NCBI GenBank assembly: GCA_020639315.1
Contig: JACKGM010000001.1
Span: forward strand, 374,767 to 438,766
Origin: Candidatus Nomurabacteria bacterium
Lineage (GTDB): Bacteria > Patescibacteriota > Saccharimonadia > JAGOAT01
Direction of reading: 5' to 3'
Length of the DNA stretch: 64,000 nucleotides
Shown piece by piece: positions 16,828-24,460 of this stretch. Numbering within the stretch: the first letter of the stretch is position 1; each line of letters starts with the position of its first letter. Both the position numbers and the translations under genes were made by a program. Under the pieces are notes generated by a model. The model worked only from the letters and a program-made list of their open reading frames with translations, searched no databases and was not told the origin of the DNA.

Positions 16828-18476
16828 TGGAAGATAATAGCCAAATAATTTATTTAGAAATTGATACAGATATCACAGAAGTATCAAGACTGCTCAGTCA
16901 AACCAAAGCAAAGCAAATCCGGTTGGTTGTGCCAGCCAAATCTGGTTTGCTGAGAAGTTCGATCAACCTTAAGCTACTCAAAAAACAGATCGCTAGTAGT
17001 AAAAAAGAGGTTATTTTAGTCTGTCCTGATCAGGATATCCAGAAACTAATTCTTCGTAGTGGCTTACAGGTTGCTAGTACTGTAAAGTCAAAGGTGATTG
17101 AAATGACTTCATTAGCGACATCAGACCTAGATCCAGCCTCTGGCAACCAAGTTTCTAAAGAAGAGCCAGTAGTCTCAGATATGGTAACAGAAGATTTAAC
17201 TAAAGAGTCCGATTTAAAGGAGGAAGATGAGGAACCTTCGGGTCAGTCTACACTAGTGGTCAAACAATTTGACCCTGAGTCTAGTAAGCAGACTCCATCG
17301 AGTAGTAAGGCTGATCTTGATGCCAGCACAAAAACTGCTGTCGCTACTGACAGTGAACAGCTGAAGATCCCGGATTTTGACCACTTTAGAAGAAAATTCC
17401 TGATTATCGGTGGTTTGGGAGTGGTGGCAGTCAGCTTAATTTTAGTAGGAGTATTAACCCCAAAGGCCAAGGTCACAGTTAGCTTGCAGGCTGAGCAAGT
17501 ACCGATCAATCTCAGCCTAGACCAGTCGGAGTTTGAACAGGCTGGTTACGGCCAGATAACGGACCAAGAGACCTTGACTACTACGGTGGTCGCTAGTGAA
17601 CAAAAGGATCTAGGTAGTGTTGCCCAGGGTAATGTCGTGATTCAAAATTGCGAAGATAGTGATGCTCATAGTCTCAAGAAAGGGACCAAGCTGATCTCGG
17701 GTGGCCTGAGTTTTGAGCTTGATCAAGCAATTACTATCCCTGCTGGCATTTTTAGCGCTGGGGGGACTGTTTGCTCCACGCCACTAGTCGAGGCAGGGAT
17801 CAAGGCTAGTGAAAAAGGGTCAGATTACAATCTGACTCAAGCTAGTTTCGGCTTTACTGAACTCAGTGCCAACTTTAAGGCGACCGGGACTACTAGTGGT
17901 GGGGAGAGTAAAATAGTCAAGGTGATCGCCCAGTCTGATATCGATCAAGCTAGAGCGGCTTTGATCGCTACCAATACGCTTGAGGAAGCTGATCTGGTCA
18001 GCCAGATTGATCAGAATCAGAGCAGACTAGTCAAGGGGAGCTATAGTGAGGTCGTAGATCAAGAGTCATTGGCTGACCCTGTGGGGAGCCAGGTCGATCA
18101 GACAGAACTCAAGCTGGTAATCAAATCTAGCCTGGACTACCTTGAACTTAAAGGTATTGGAGTGGTATTAGATCAATATCTTCAGGAAAACTCGGATGGT
18201 AGCAAGCAGATTTTTGATAATGGGGCAGAGTCAGTAGAGCCAAGTTATCAAGATGGTCAGATCACTATCACTACCACTGGATATCTTGGACCAAAATTTG
18301 ATCAAGAAAGAATTATTAGTGAGCTAAGATTTGTCAGTAAGAAGCAAGTGCGTGAGGTGGTCAAGGAATATATAGATTACCAGGACTTGCAGGTCGATGG
18401 AGGGATTACACTCTTATCGAGGATGCCAATCTTTGGCTCAAAGATTGGCCTAGAACTTGAAGTGACCAATATCTAG
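16827..18476 (+). CDS. hypothetical bitopic membrane protein (549 aa)
   Basis: ATGA-type overlap with the upstream ftsA-like gene, an acidic linker, a single TM (FLIIGGLGVVAVSLILVGVL), and a large C-terminal ectodomain. Confidence 0.55.
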   Translation: MEDNSQIIYLEIDTDITEVSRLLSQTKAKQIRLVVPAKSGLLRSSINLKLLKKQIASSKKEVILVCPDQDIQKLILRSGLQVASTVKSKVIEMTSLATSDLDPASGNQVSKEEPVVSDMVTEDLTKESDLKEEDEEPSGQSTLVVKQFDPESSKQTPSSSKADLDASTKTAVATDSEQLKIPDFDHFRRKFLIIGGLGVVAVSLILVGVLTPKAKVTVSLQAEQVPINLSLDQSEFEQAGYGQITDQETLTTTVVASEQKDLGSVAQGNVVIQNCEDSDAHSLKKGTKLISGGLSFELDQAITIPAGIFSAGGTVCSTPLVEAGIKASEKGSDYNLTQASFGFTELSANFKATGTTSGGESKIVKVIAQSDIDQARAALIATNTLEEADLVSQIDQNQSRLVKGSYSEVVDQESLADPVGSQVDQTELKLVIKSSLDYLELKGIGVVLDQYLQENSDGSKQIFDNGAESVEPSYQDGQITITTTGYLGPKFDQERIISELRFVSKKQVREVVKEYIDYQDLQVDGGITLLSRMPIFGSKIGLELEVTNI

Positions 18477-18581
18477 GATTCTTGGTTTATACCTGCAAGG
18501 TGTCACCTTGATTACCAGGAATTGCAGGTCGATGGAGGGATTACATTCTTATCGAGGATGCCGAAACCCTACCCCTCTCTT

Positions 18582-18928
18582 GTCATCCTCCGAAACCCCG
18601 CCCTCTCCTGTCATCCTCCGAAACCCCGCCCTCTCCTGTCATCCTCCGAAACCCGAAGGGTTTACGGGGGATCCAGCATTTTGCATTTCCAGGATTCAAT
18701 TCAAATACTGGATATCCCATAAATCCTTACAGGATTTTGGAATATGACAGGGAGAGGATTGTCATCCTCCGAAACCCGAAGGGTTTACGGGGGATCCAGC
18801 ATTCCTGCATTGTGCACGGTCATCCTCCGAAACCCGAAGGGTTTACGGGGGATCCAGCATTTTGCATTTACGGGATTCAACTCAAGTACTGGATCTCATA
18901 AATCCCTGCGGGATTTTGCTATATGATA
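18582..18928. repeat. REP/BIME-like hairpin-repeat cluster 2
   Basis: Two 28-nt half units (GTC at 18582 and 18610), then full hairpin units at 18638-18676, about 18761-18800 and about 18819-18858, with inverted partner units between them. Confidence 0.9.
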
Positions 18929-18962
18929 GAACAGGGTTGGATATTCAGTACTATCTTCCATT

Positions 18963-19123
18963 AACCCTGTTGCCATATAACCTCACGGCTTCAAAACTGC
19001 CATTTTTGCCCCAGACTAGCAAAACACTTCGCAGCGTAACTCCTGTTATGCTTTGTCGTGTTTTGCTATTCTGGAATAAAAATCATCAGCTTTGACCTCG
19101 CAAGTTTATATGGCAACAGGGTT
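18963..19123 (+). mobile_element. MITE-A copy 2 (161 bp)
   Basis: Nearly identical to 9447-9607, with the same terminal repeats. Flanks are ATT and ATA. Confidence 0.85.
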
Positions 19124-19228
19124 ATAGAAATTCGAAGGTTACGGGGAGGCGAGAGCGGAAGATGGAAAAAGGGACAGAAATTTGAGTTAGTGATAGGGAA
19201 GTGAGGTATAGTTACGGGTTTTGTTTGG

Positions 19229-19257
19229 TTGACACTAATTATGTGGTTTGTTAGAAT
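19229..19257 (+). promoter_or_regulatory. sigma70-type promoter (TTGACA-17-TAGAAT) upstream of the LysM/CHAP gene
   Basis: TTGACA at 19229-19234 and TAGAAT at 19252-19257, with exact 17-nt spacing. Confidence 0.55.
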
Positions 19258-19356
19258 TCTATTCGGTATCTACTGTTGTATTCTTGTTAAGTAAGTGAGG
19301 TACTAAGTCAATTAATATGGAGTATTGCTATTAGTAAGTTTACTAGTGTCTCTACT

Positions 19357-20481
19357 GTGCTAATTCGTCGAAATAAATCCCAGAATCCAAAATCTACTGC
19401 TAGTTATCAAAATCAAAGTAAATCCAGACAATTCCGATTGTTTTTGCCGATGCTTTATCTAATGCTTATTGTATTTAGTCTCAACTTCCAATTACTTCCT
19501 AGTATAATTTCCACTACTGAGCACAGTCAGGCTCAGAGTTTCTCAAAGTCAGTAGATAATTATGGGTTTTTAGAGGTTACCTCTGATCTTTCTAGGTTGG
19601 CACCAGTAGCAGAGCTTTCTACTCAAGTCAATAACGAAGAGCAATCACTTGATCAAAATGATTCTACCAGCCTAGATACGACTGGTGGGGATTTTATTAC
19701 CAAGCCCAAGCCAGTCTTGACCGAAGGTAAAGCCACACGGGATGTTGTAGACTATCAGGTCAAAGAAGGGGACACCGTTTCGACAATTGCGAGTCAGTTT
19801 GGCCTGACTACAGACACTGTCAGATGGGCTAATCAGCTTGAATTGGACCAAGTGCTAGAAGTCGGAGAGACTCTCAAGATTCTGCCGATTGATGGTGTTT
19901 TGCACTGGGTTGAACCCGGGTCTGGTGATACTCTAGATCAGATTTCAGCCTTGTATAAGGTAGATAAAAAAGTGATCGTTAGCTATAACCAGATTCTTGA
20001 TAATAAACTTGAAGATGATATGGTACTAGTAGTTCCTGGAGGTCAGATTGAAGAAGTGGAGGCTAGTCAAGAGACTACCCAAAACCAAGTAGCTCTTGAT
20101 CAGCCCGCAACCACTCAGACATATAACCAGCCAGTACAGGCCAATAGTACTGCTCCAGAAGCTTTGACTAGCTATAGCGGTGGATATAATAACTATGCCT
20201 ATGGGTATTGCACCTGGTATGTGGCTAATCGTCGAGCTGTACCGGCTAGTATGGGCAATGCAGCCAATTGGTATTATGCGGCTCAAGCAGCTGGGTTCGG
20301 AGTAGGCAGTCAGCCAGTAGTAGGGGCAGTGGCTTGGACTCCAGCTGGTTATTATGGACATGTTGCCTATGTCGAAGCAGTTGAAGGAAGCCAAGTGTAC
20401 ATCTCGGAGATGAATTATGCAGGCTGGGGAGTAGTGTCTTATCGCTGGGTACCAGCTAACGCTTTCAGCTATATTTATTAA
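19357..20481 (+). CDS. secreted peptidoglycan hydrolase with two LysM domains and a C-terminal CHAP domain
   Basis: LysM domains: YQVKEGDTVSTIASQFGLTTDTVRWAN and HWVEPGSGDTLDQISALYKV. CHAP domain: YGYCTWYVANRR...GHVAYVE. N-terminal anchor/signal present. Confidence 0.8.
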   Translation: MLIRRNKSQNPKSTASYQNQSKSRQFRLFLPMLYLMLIVFSLNFQLLPSIISTTEHSQAQSFSKSVDNYGFLEVTSDLSRLAPVAELSTQVNNEEQSLDQNDSTSLDTTGGDFITKPKPVLTEGKATRDVVDYQVKEGDTVSTIASQFGLTTDTVRWANQLELDQVLEVGETLKILPIDGVLHWVEPGSGDTLDQISALYKVDKKVIVSYNQILDNKLEDDMVLVVPGGQIEEVEASQETTQNQVALDQPATTQTYNQPVQANSTAPEALTSYSGGYNNYAYGYCTWYVANRRAVPASMGNAANWYYAAQAAGFGVGSQPVVGAVAWTPAGYYGHVAYVEAVEGSQVYISEMNYAGWGVVSYRWVPANAFSYIY

Positions 20482-20486
20482 TCGCA

Positions 20487-21788
20487 ATGTTTATTGATCA
20501 GGTCAAAATCACTGTCCAAGCTGGACGGGGTGGAGATGGTCGGGTCAGTCTACTTAGCAATCGGAGCCAAGTCAAGGGTGGTCCAGATGGTGGTGACGGT
20601 GGTGACGGTGGTGATGTGATTCTGCAAGCTAGTCATAATTATAGTACACTAAGTCACTTTCGGGGCAAGAAACGTTTTGCCGCGGAAAATGGTCAAATGG
20701 GCGATAAGTTTCATAAGCACGGCAAGAGGGGACATAGTCTTAGATTGGAAGTTCCAATTGGTACTGTAATCAAGCGTGACGGGGAGGTGATTGCGGATTT
20801 GACAGAAAACCGCCAGGCTGTAATTATCGCCCGTGGTGGAGAAGGCGGTTATGGCAATGCCCATTTTACTTCTTCCAGGCGTCAGACTCCGCGGTTTGCC
20901 GAGTTGGGTTTGCCTGGAGAAGGATTTGAATTAGAGTTGGAGCTAAGGTTGCTGGCCGATGTCGGCCTAATCGGGTTGCCAAATGCCGGTAAGTCTAGTT
21001 TGATCTCGGTTTTGACAAGTCTCAAGCCTAAGATAGCAAACTATCCTTTTACGACCATTACACCAAAAATCGGAATTGCCACTTACTATCAGCACAGTTT
21101 TGTGGTTGCCGACTTGCCAGGACTAATTGCTGGGGCTAGTGAAGGCAAGGGTCTGGGACAGCAGTTTTTGAGACATATTGAAAGATGTCGGGTGCTAGTA
21201 GAACTAATTAGTGTGGAGAGTGAAGATTATACTAAAGATATAGAGACTGTTTTATTAGAACTTAAAAATTACAAACGAGGCAGTCTACTAGATCGCAAGA
21301 TAATATTTGTGGTCAGTAAGATTGATTTATTAGGCAACGATCAAGGGTTGGTAGACCAATACATTTCGGAGGTAAGGCAGGCTACTAGAAAACTGATTGC
21401 CAAATATCAGCTTGACGCTGATCCAGGTGTGATTGGAGTTTCTGCTGTGACACTGCAAAATTTGGATCAATTAAAGGCTAAGCTAGCCTTGCAGCTTGAG
21501 GCACTTGATCAGGAGATTGAGGTTGATCAGGAGATTGAGGTTGTGCCAGTTATTCGAGCTGAGGATGACCCCAATCTTTACTCGGTTGACAAACTTGAGG
21601 AAGGTAAGTATCTGGTCAGGGGACAAAAGATCGAGCGGTTTGCGATGAAGACCAATTTTGATCAAGATCAAGGACTGGCTAGGCTGAGGGATATCTTGGG
21701 CAAACTAGGAATAGAACGTGAGTTGATCCGCCAGGGGGCAAAAGTTGGAGATCGGGTGGAGATTGCGGGTAAAAGCCTGGAGATTTAG
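20487..21788 (+). CDS. obg: GTPase Obg/CgtA
   Basis: Obg fold (GGDGRVSL, GGPDGGDGGDGGDV), G1 motif GLPNAGKSS, DLPGLI, and a C-terminal extra domain. Confidence 0.9.
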   Translation: MFIDQVKITVQAGRGGDGRVSLLSNRSQVKGGPDGGDGGDGGDVILQASHNYSTLSHFRGKKRFAAENGQMGDKFHKHGKRGHSLRLEVPIGTVIKRDGEVIADLTENRQAVIIARGGEGGYGNAHFTSSRRQTPRFAELGLPGEGFELELELRLLADVGLIGLPNAGKSSLISVLTSLKPKIANYPFTTITPKIGIATYYQHSFVVADLPGLIAGASEGKGLGQQFLRHIERCRVLVELISVESEDYTKDIETVLLELKNYKRGSLLDRKIIFVVSKIDLLGNDQGLVDQYISEVRQATRKLIAKYQLDADPGVIGVSAVTLQNLDQLKAKLALQLEALDQEIEVDQEIEVVPVIRAEDDPNLYSVDKLEEGKYLVRGQKIERFAMKTNFDQDQGLARLRDILGKLGIERELIRQGAKVGDRVEIAGKSLEI

Positions 21789-21792
21789 TGGT

Positions 21793-22017
21793 TTAAAATT
21801 TTATTGACCGCCTTGGTGTAGTTTTCATTGTTAAATTTGTACAATCCAAAATTTCTAATTTTTCCACTTTTTTAGCTTTTTTCCAAAGGGATGCCTTAAT
21901 GGGCTGGTTGGGGTTTTTTTTGTCGGGTATAGAGTAGTTAAAGGTAAAAACACGACTTTTTGATTCTTTTATCGTCTTATCTAATAAATCTTTTTGGTAA
22001 GCCGTATCGTTGCTCAT
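21793..22017 (-). CDS. hypothetical protein (74 aa)
   Basis: ORF only; lysine-rich, with no motif recognised. Confidence 0.3.
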   Translation of the reverse strand: MSNDTAYQKDLLDKTIKESKSRVFTFNYSIPDKKNPNQPIKASLWKKAKKVEKLEILDCTNLTMKTTPRRSIKF

Positions 22018-22076
22018 GCTAGTATCATATCATATAATCCCAACAAAAGATGGAGAATAATTTAGAAACTAGTATC

Positions 22077-22153
22077 TGGTGGAGTATGGCGGATTCGAAC
22101 CGCCGACCTCTTGCATGCCATGCAAGCGCTCTAACCAACTGAGCTAATACCCC
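22077..22153 (-). tRNA. tRNA-Ala (GGC)
   Basis: The reverse complement reads GGGGTAT TA GCTC AGTTGGTTA GAGC G CTTGC ATGGCAT GCAAG ... GGTTCGAATCC ... ATACTCC A CCA, including the G3:U70 Ala identity pair. Confidence 0.9.
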
Positions 22154-22224
22154 TATGAAATGTCGCATAGATATTATAGCATAATAGAATATCTATACGA
22201 GATTACTCCGATTTTGGCTTTGGG

Positions 22225-22271
22225 TTGAGGGGTCTATAGCTGAAGTAACTCCAGTTTTAACTTTGGGCTAA
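22225..22271 (+). repeat. 47-nt conserved element, copy 1 (second copy at 32520-32566)
   Basis: ttgaggggtctatagctgaagtaactccagttttaactttgggctaa matches 32520-32566 at 45 of 47 positions. Both copies lie just upstream of a sigma70-like promoter. Confidence 0.8.
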
Positions 22272-22289
22272 CAAAGCAGAACATTGATA

Positions 22290-22318
22290 TTGACTTTTAG
22301 GGATTGGCGGGGGATAAT
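22290..22318 (+). promoter_or_regulatory. sigma70-type promoter (TTGACT-17-GATAAT) of the LPSTG-sortase-GT2 operon
   Basis: TTGACT at 22290-22295 and GATAAT at 22313-22318. Confidence 0.5.
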
Positions 22319-22373
22319 AGGAAAGTAAATAAAAAATTTAATTGTAAAGTAATAAGGTAGAAGGAGATTATCA

Positions 22374-22601
22374 ATGTCAGGTAAAGATAATGGAACAGTT
22401 TTGGGTGTAGCGACAACAGTAGGGGGAGCTGGTACAGTATTGGGTGCATCTACCTCTGGGGAAGGCCTCGGTGCAATTACTAGTTTACCGAGTACTGGCG
22501 GTGAGATCGCATTGCATCTTGCTGTGCTAGTTGCTTTGGGCTGTGGTTTGATCATTTTGACTAGTAATTTGATTACTTATCTAGCAAAAAAGTATCAATA
22601 G
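22374..22601 (+). CDS. Gly/Thr-rich LPSTG micro-protein (75 aa), putative sortase substrate without a recognisable signal peptide
   Basis: AAGGAG Shine-Dalgarno. The C-terminus has SLPSTGGE, a hydrophobic span (IALHLAVLVALGCGLIIL) and a basic tail (KKYQ), which is a classical cell-wall sorting signal. The N-terminus MSGKDNGTVLGVATTVGGAGTVLG is not hydrophobic. Confidence 0.7.
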   Translation: MSGKDNGTVLGVATTVGGAGTVLGASTSGEGLGAITSLPSTGGEIALHLAVLVALGCGLIILTSNLITYLAKKYQ

Positions 22602-22610
22602 GCTAGATCT

Positions 22611-23198
22611 ATGAATAGGCTAATCTTTAGCCTAAAACTCGTATTAGTTTACCTAGTAGTGACTGCTTTGTTTTTTGGTGATGAAATTTATACAAAGTAT
22701 CAAGAGTATAAGGTTACTGGTGAGAATCAAGAGCAGTTGGCACAGCTCGAACAAGACGCTTCATTCGAACAAGAATATATTCCTGCTAAGCCAGCCCAGA
22801 TTAGAATCGAGAGATTAGGCGTAGACCTGAAAGTATTGGATGGTGAGTATGATGTCACTAATAGTACTTGGACACTTAGTCAAGATAGCGCTCATTATGC
22901 TTTACAAACCAGTCTACCAAATTTTGATTATGGCAATACCTTGATCTATGGTCACAATCTAGATAATATTTTTGGGAGCCTCAAAGATCTAATTATAGGT
23001 GATATTTTGATTTTAAGCGATTCATCTGGAGTAGAGATCACTTATAAGTTTGTGGGATTTGATTTACTTACACCAAATGACACTTCAATATTTTATTATC
23101 AGGGTGACCCCCAATTGTCACTTTTGACCTGTCATGGATTATTTGATAGCGAGAGATTATTATCAAAATTTCAACCTGTAGGCATTGTATCGAGATGA
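22611..23198 (+). CDS. sortase (transpeptidase)
   Basis: N-terminal TM, IRIERLGVDLKVLDG, catalytic His in GNTLIYGHN, catalytic Cys in LSLLTCHG (TLxTC-type), and a downstream Arg. Confidence 0.85.
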   Translation: MNRLIFSLKLVLVYLVVTALFFGDEIYTKYQEYKVTGENQEQLAQLEQDASFEQEYIPAKPAQIRIERLGVDLKVLDGEYDVTNSTWTLSQDSAHYALQTSLPNFDYGNTLIYGHNLDNIFGSLKDLIIGDILILSDSSGVEITYKFVGFDLLTPNDTSIFYYQGDPQLSLLTCHGLFDSERLLSKFQPVGIVSR

Positions 23199-24460
23199 TA
23201 GATTTTATATTTGGTTTTCTTTCTATACTTGGAATAGTTACACTTTTGAGGGTGACATTATTTTTTATAGGTAGTGATATTTATGAAATTAAGCGAATTT
23301 TTAAACGCCGAAAATTAAGTAAAGTGATTAATTTTCATCCAAGAAATTATCAAGTAACAGTCTTAATCCCTGCACATAACGAAGAGGCAGTGATTATTCG
23401 TTGCCTAGAGTCAGTATTTAAAAGTGAATACAAAAGGATCAAGGTAGTAGTAGTCAATGATGGATCAACTGACCAGACTAAGACTCTAGTCAACAACTAT
23501 AAAGCCTTAAATAAACTTAGTAATCTTAAGCTAATCAATAAGGAGAATTCAGGTAAAGCTGATTCATTAAATTTAGCCCTAGGCAATGTTCGCTCAGCAT
23601 TAGTAATGGTTCTGGATGCAGATTCAATTGTCCAACCAGATACAATCTCGATTGCTGTTCGTCATTTTGATAACACCAAAGTAGTTGCAGCTGCTACCAA
23701 TGTCAGGATTACTCATAATCTAAATAGTATAGTAGGTGCAGTTCAACTTTTAGAGTTTAGCTCATCTTTTCGTTTCAAGCGAGCACTCACAACATTTAAT
23801 ATGGAGTATATTATTGGGGGTATGAGTTTTTTTCGCTATAAGACTCTTAAAAAAGTTGGTTTTTTTGATACTGATACTGTGACTGAGGATATTGATTTGA
23901 CCCTCAAGCTGGTTAGTCTTGGCAATAAGCAGAATCGGATTATTTTTGCGGGAGATTCAATAACCTACACAGAAGGAGCGGGGAGTTTCCGGGCATTACT
24001 CAAACAGAGGTATCGTTGGAAGTATGGAAGGTTTCAGACTTTTGTAAAAAATCGCAAACTATTTTTTAATCGAGATCCGAAATACAGTAGGAGTTTGGCT
24101 TTTTTCTATTTGCCATGGTCACTTGTGCAGGAGTTAATATCCTTACTCGATCCTTTTATTATAATTTTTTGGTTAGTAGTATCAATTTATTTGGGCAACT
24201 ACGGAACCTTTAGGTTTATTATTATTTTTTATACAGTCTTTGTGTTGTTGATTACGATGACTGAGGAAAGGCTGAATTTAGCTGCAAGATTTAGGTTGGT
24301 GGTCTACGCCCCATTGGGCTATTTGTTTTTTTTGACCGTAGGGCTGGTAGAGTACTTAGCATTGATTAGATGTATATTGAACTATCGTAAGATTGTTCAA
24401 CTGGAGCAAGAGATTGGTGGCTGGGATCATATCCAGCGTGATGGTGGTAGTTTAGGGTGA
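23195..24460 (+). CDS. membrane-embedded family-2 glycosyltransferase, processive-synthase type (PgaC/IcaA/NodC/BcsA-like)
   Basis: VNDGSTDQT, LDADS, TEDIDLTLKL and QRYRWKYG (QxxRW), with N- and C-terminal TM spans. The start ATG overlaps the sortase stop (ATGA at 23195-23198). Confidence 0.8.
   Translation: MIDFIFGFLSILGIVTLLRVTLFFIGSDIYEIKRIFKRRKLSKVINFHPRNYQVTVLIPAHNEEAVIIRCLESVFKSEYKRIKVVVVNDGSTDQTKTLVNNYKALNKLSNLKLINKENSGKADSLNLALGNVRSALVMVLDADSIVQPDTISIAVRHFDNTKVVAAATNVRITHNLNSIVGAVQLLEFSSSFRFKRALTTFNMEYIIGGMSFFRYKTLKKVGFFDTDTVTEDIDLTLKLVSLGNKQNRIIFAGDSITYTEGAGSFRALLKQRYRWKYGRFQTFVKNRKLFFNRDPKYSRSLAFFYLPWSLVQELISLLDPFIIIFWLVVSIYLGNYGTFRFIIIFYTVFVLLITMTEERLNLAARFRLVVYAPLGYLFFLTVGLVEYLALIRCILNYRKIVQLEQEIGGWDHIQRDGGSLG

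Noticed and set aside
18582-18665. Regularly spaced ~28-nt repeats here, and at 32286-32370, 35828-35905 and 50553-50645, might be a CRISPR array.
   Set aside because: The conserved part is only ~15 nt. The ~13-nt fillers resemble each other instead of being unique spacers. Arrays have just 2-4 copies and merge into hairpin (REP-like) units in both orientations. No cas genes are present in the window.
19130-19356. A c-di-AMP (ydaO-type) or other riboswitch in the ~100-nt leader of the LysM/CHAP hydrolase gene.
   Set aside because: I could not find the conserved ydaO sequence blocks or a convincing pseudo-symmetric fold by eye. The ACGGGGA-like string upstream belongs to the hairpin-repeat family. 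Confirming or excluding this would need a covariance-model scan.
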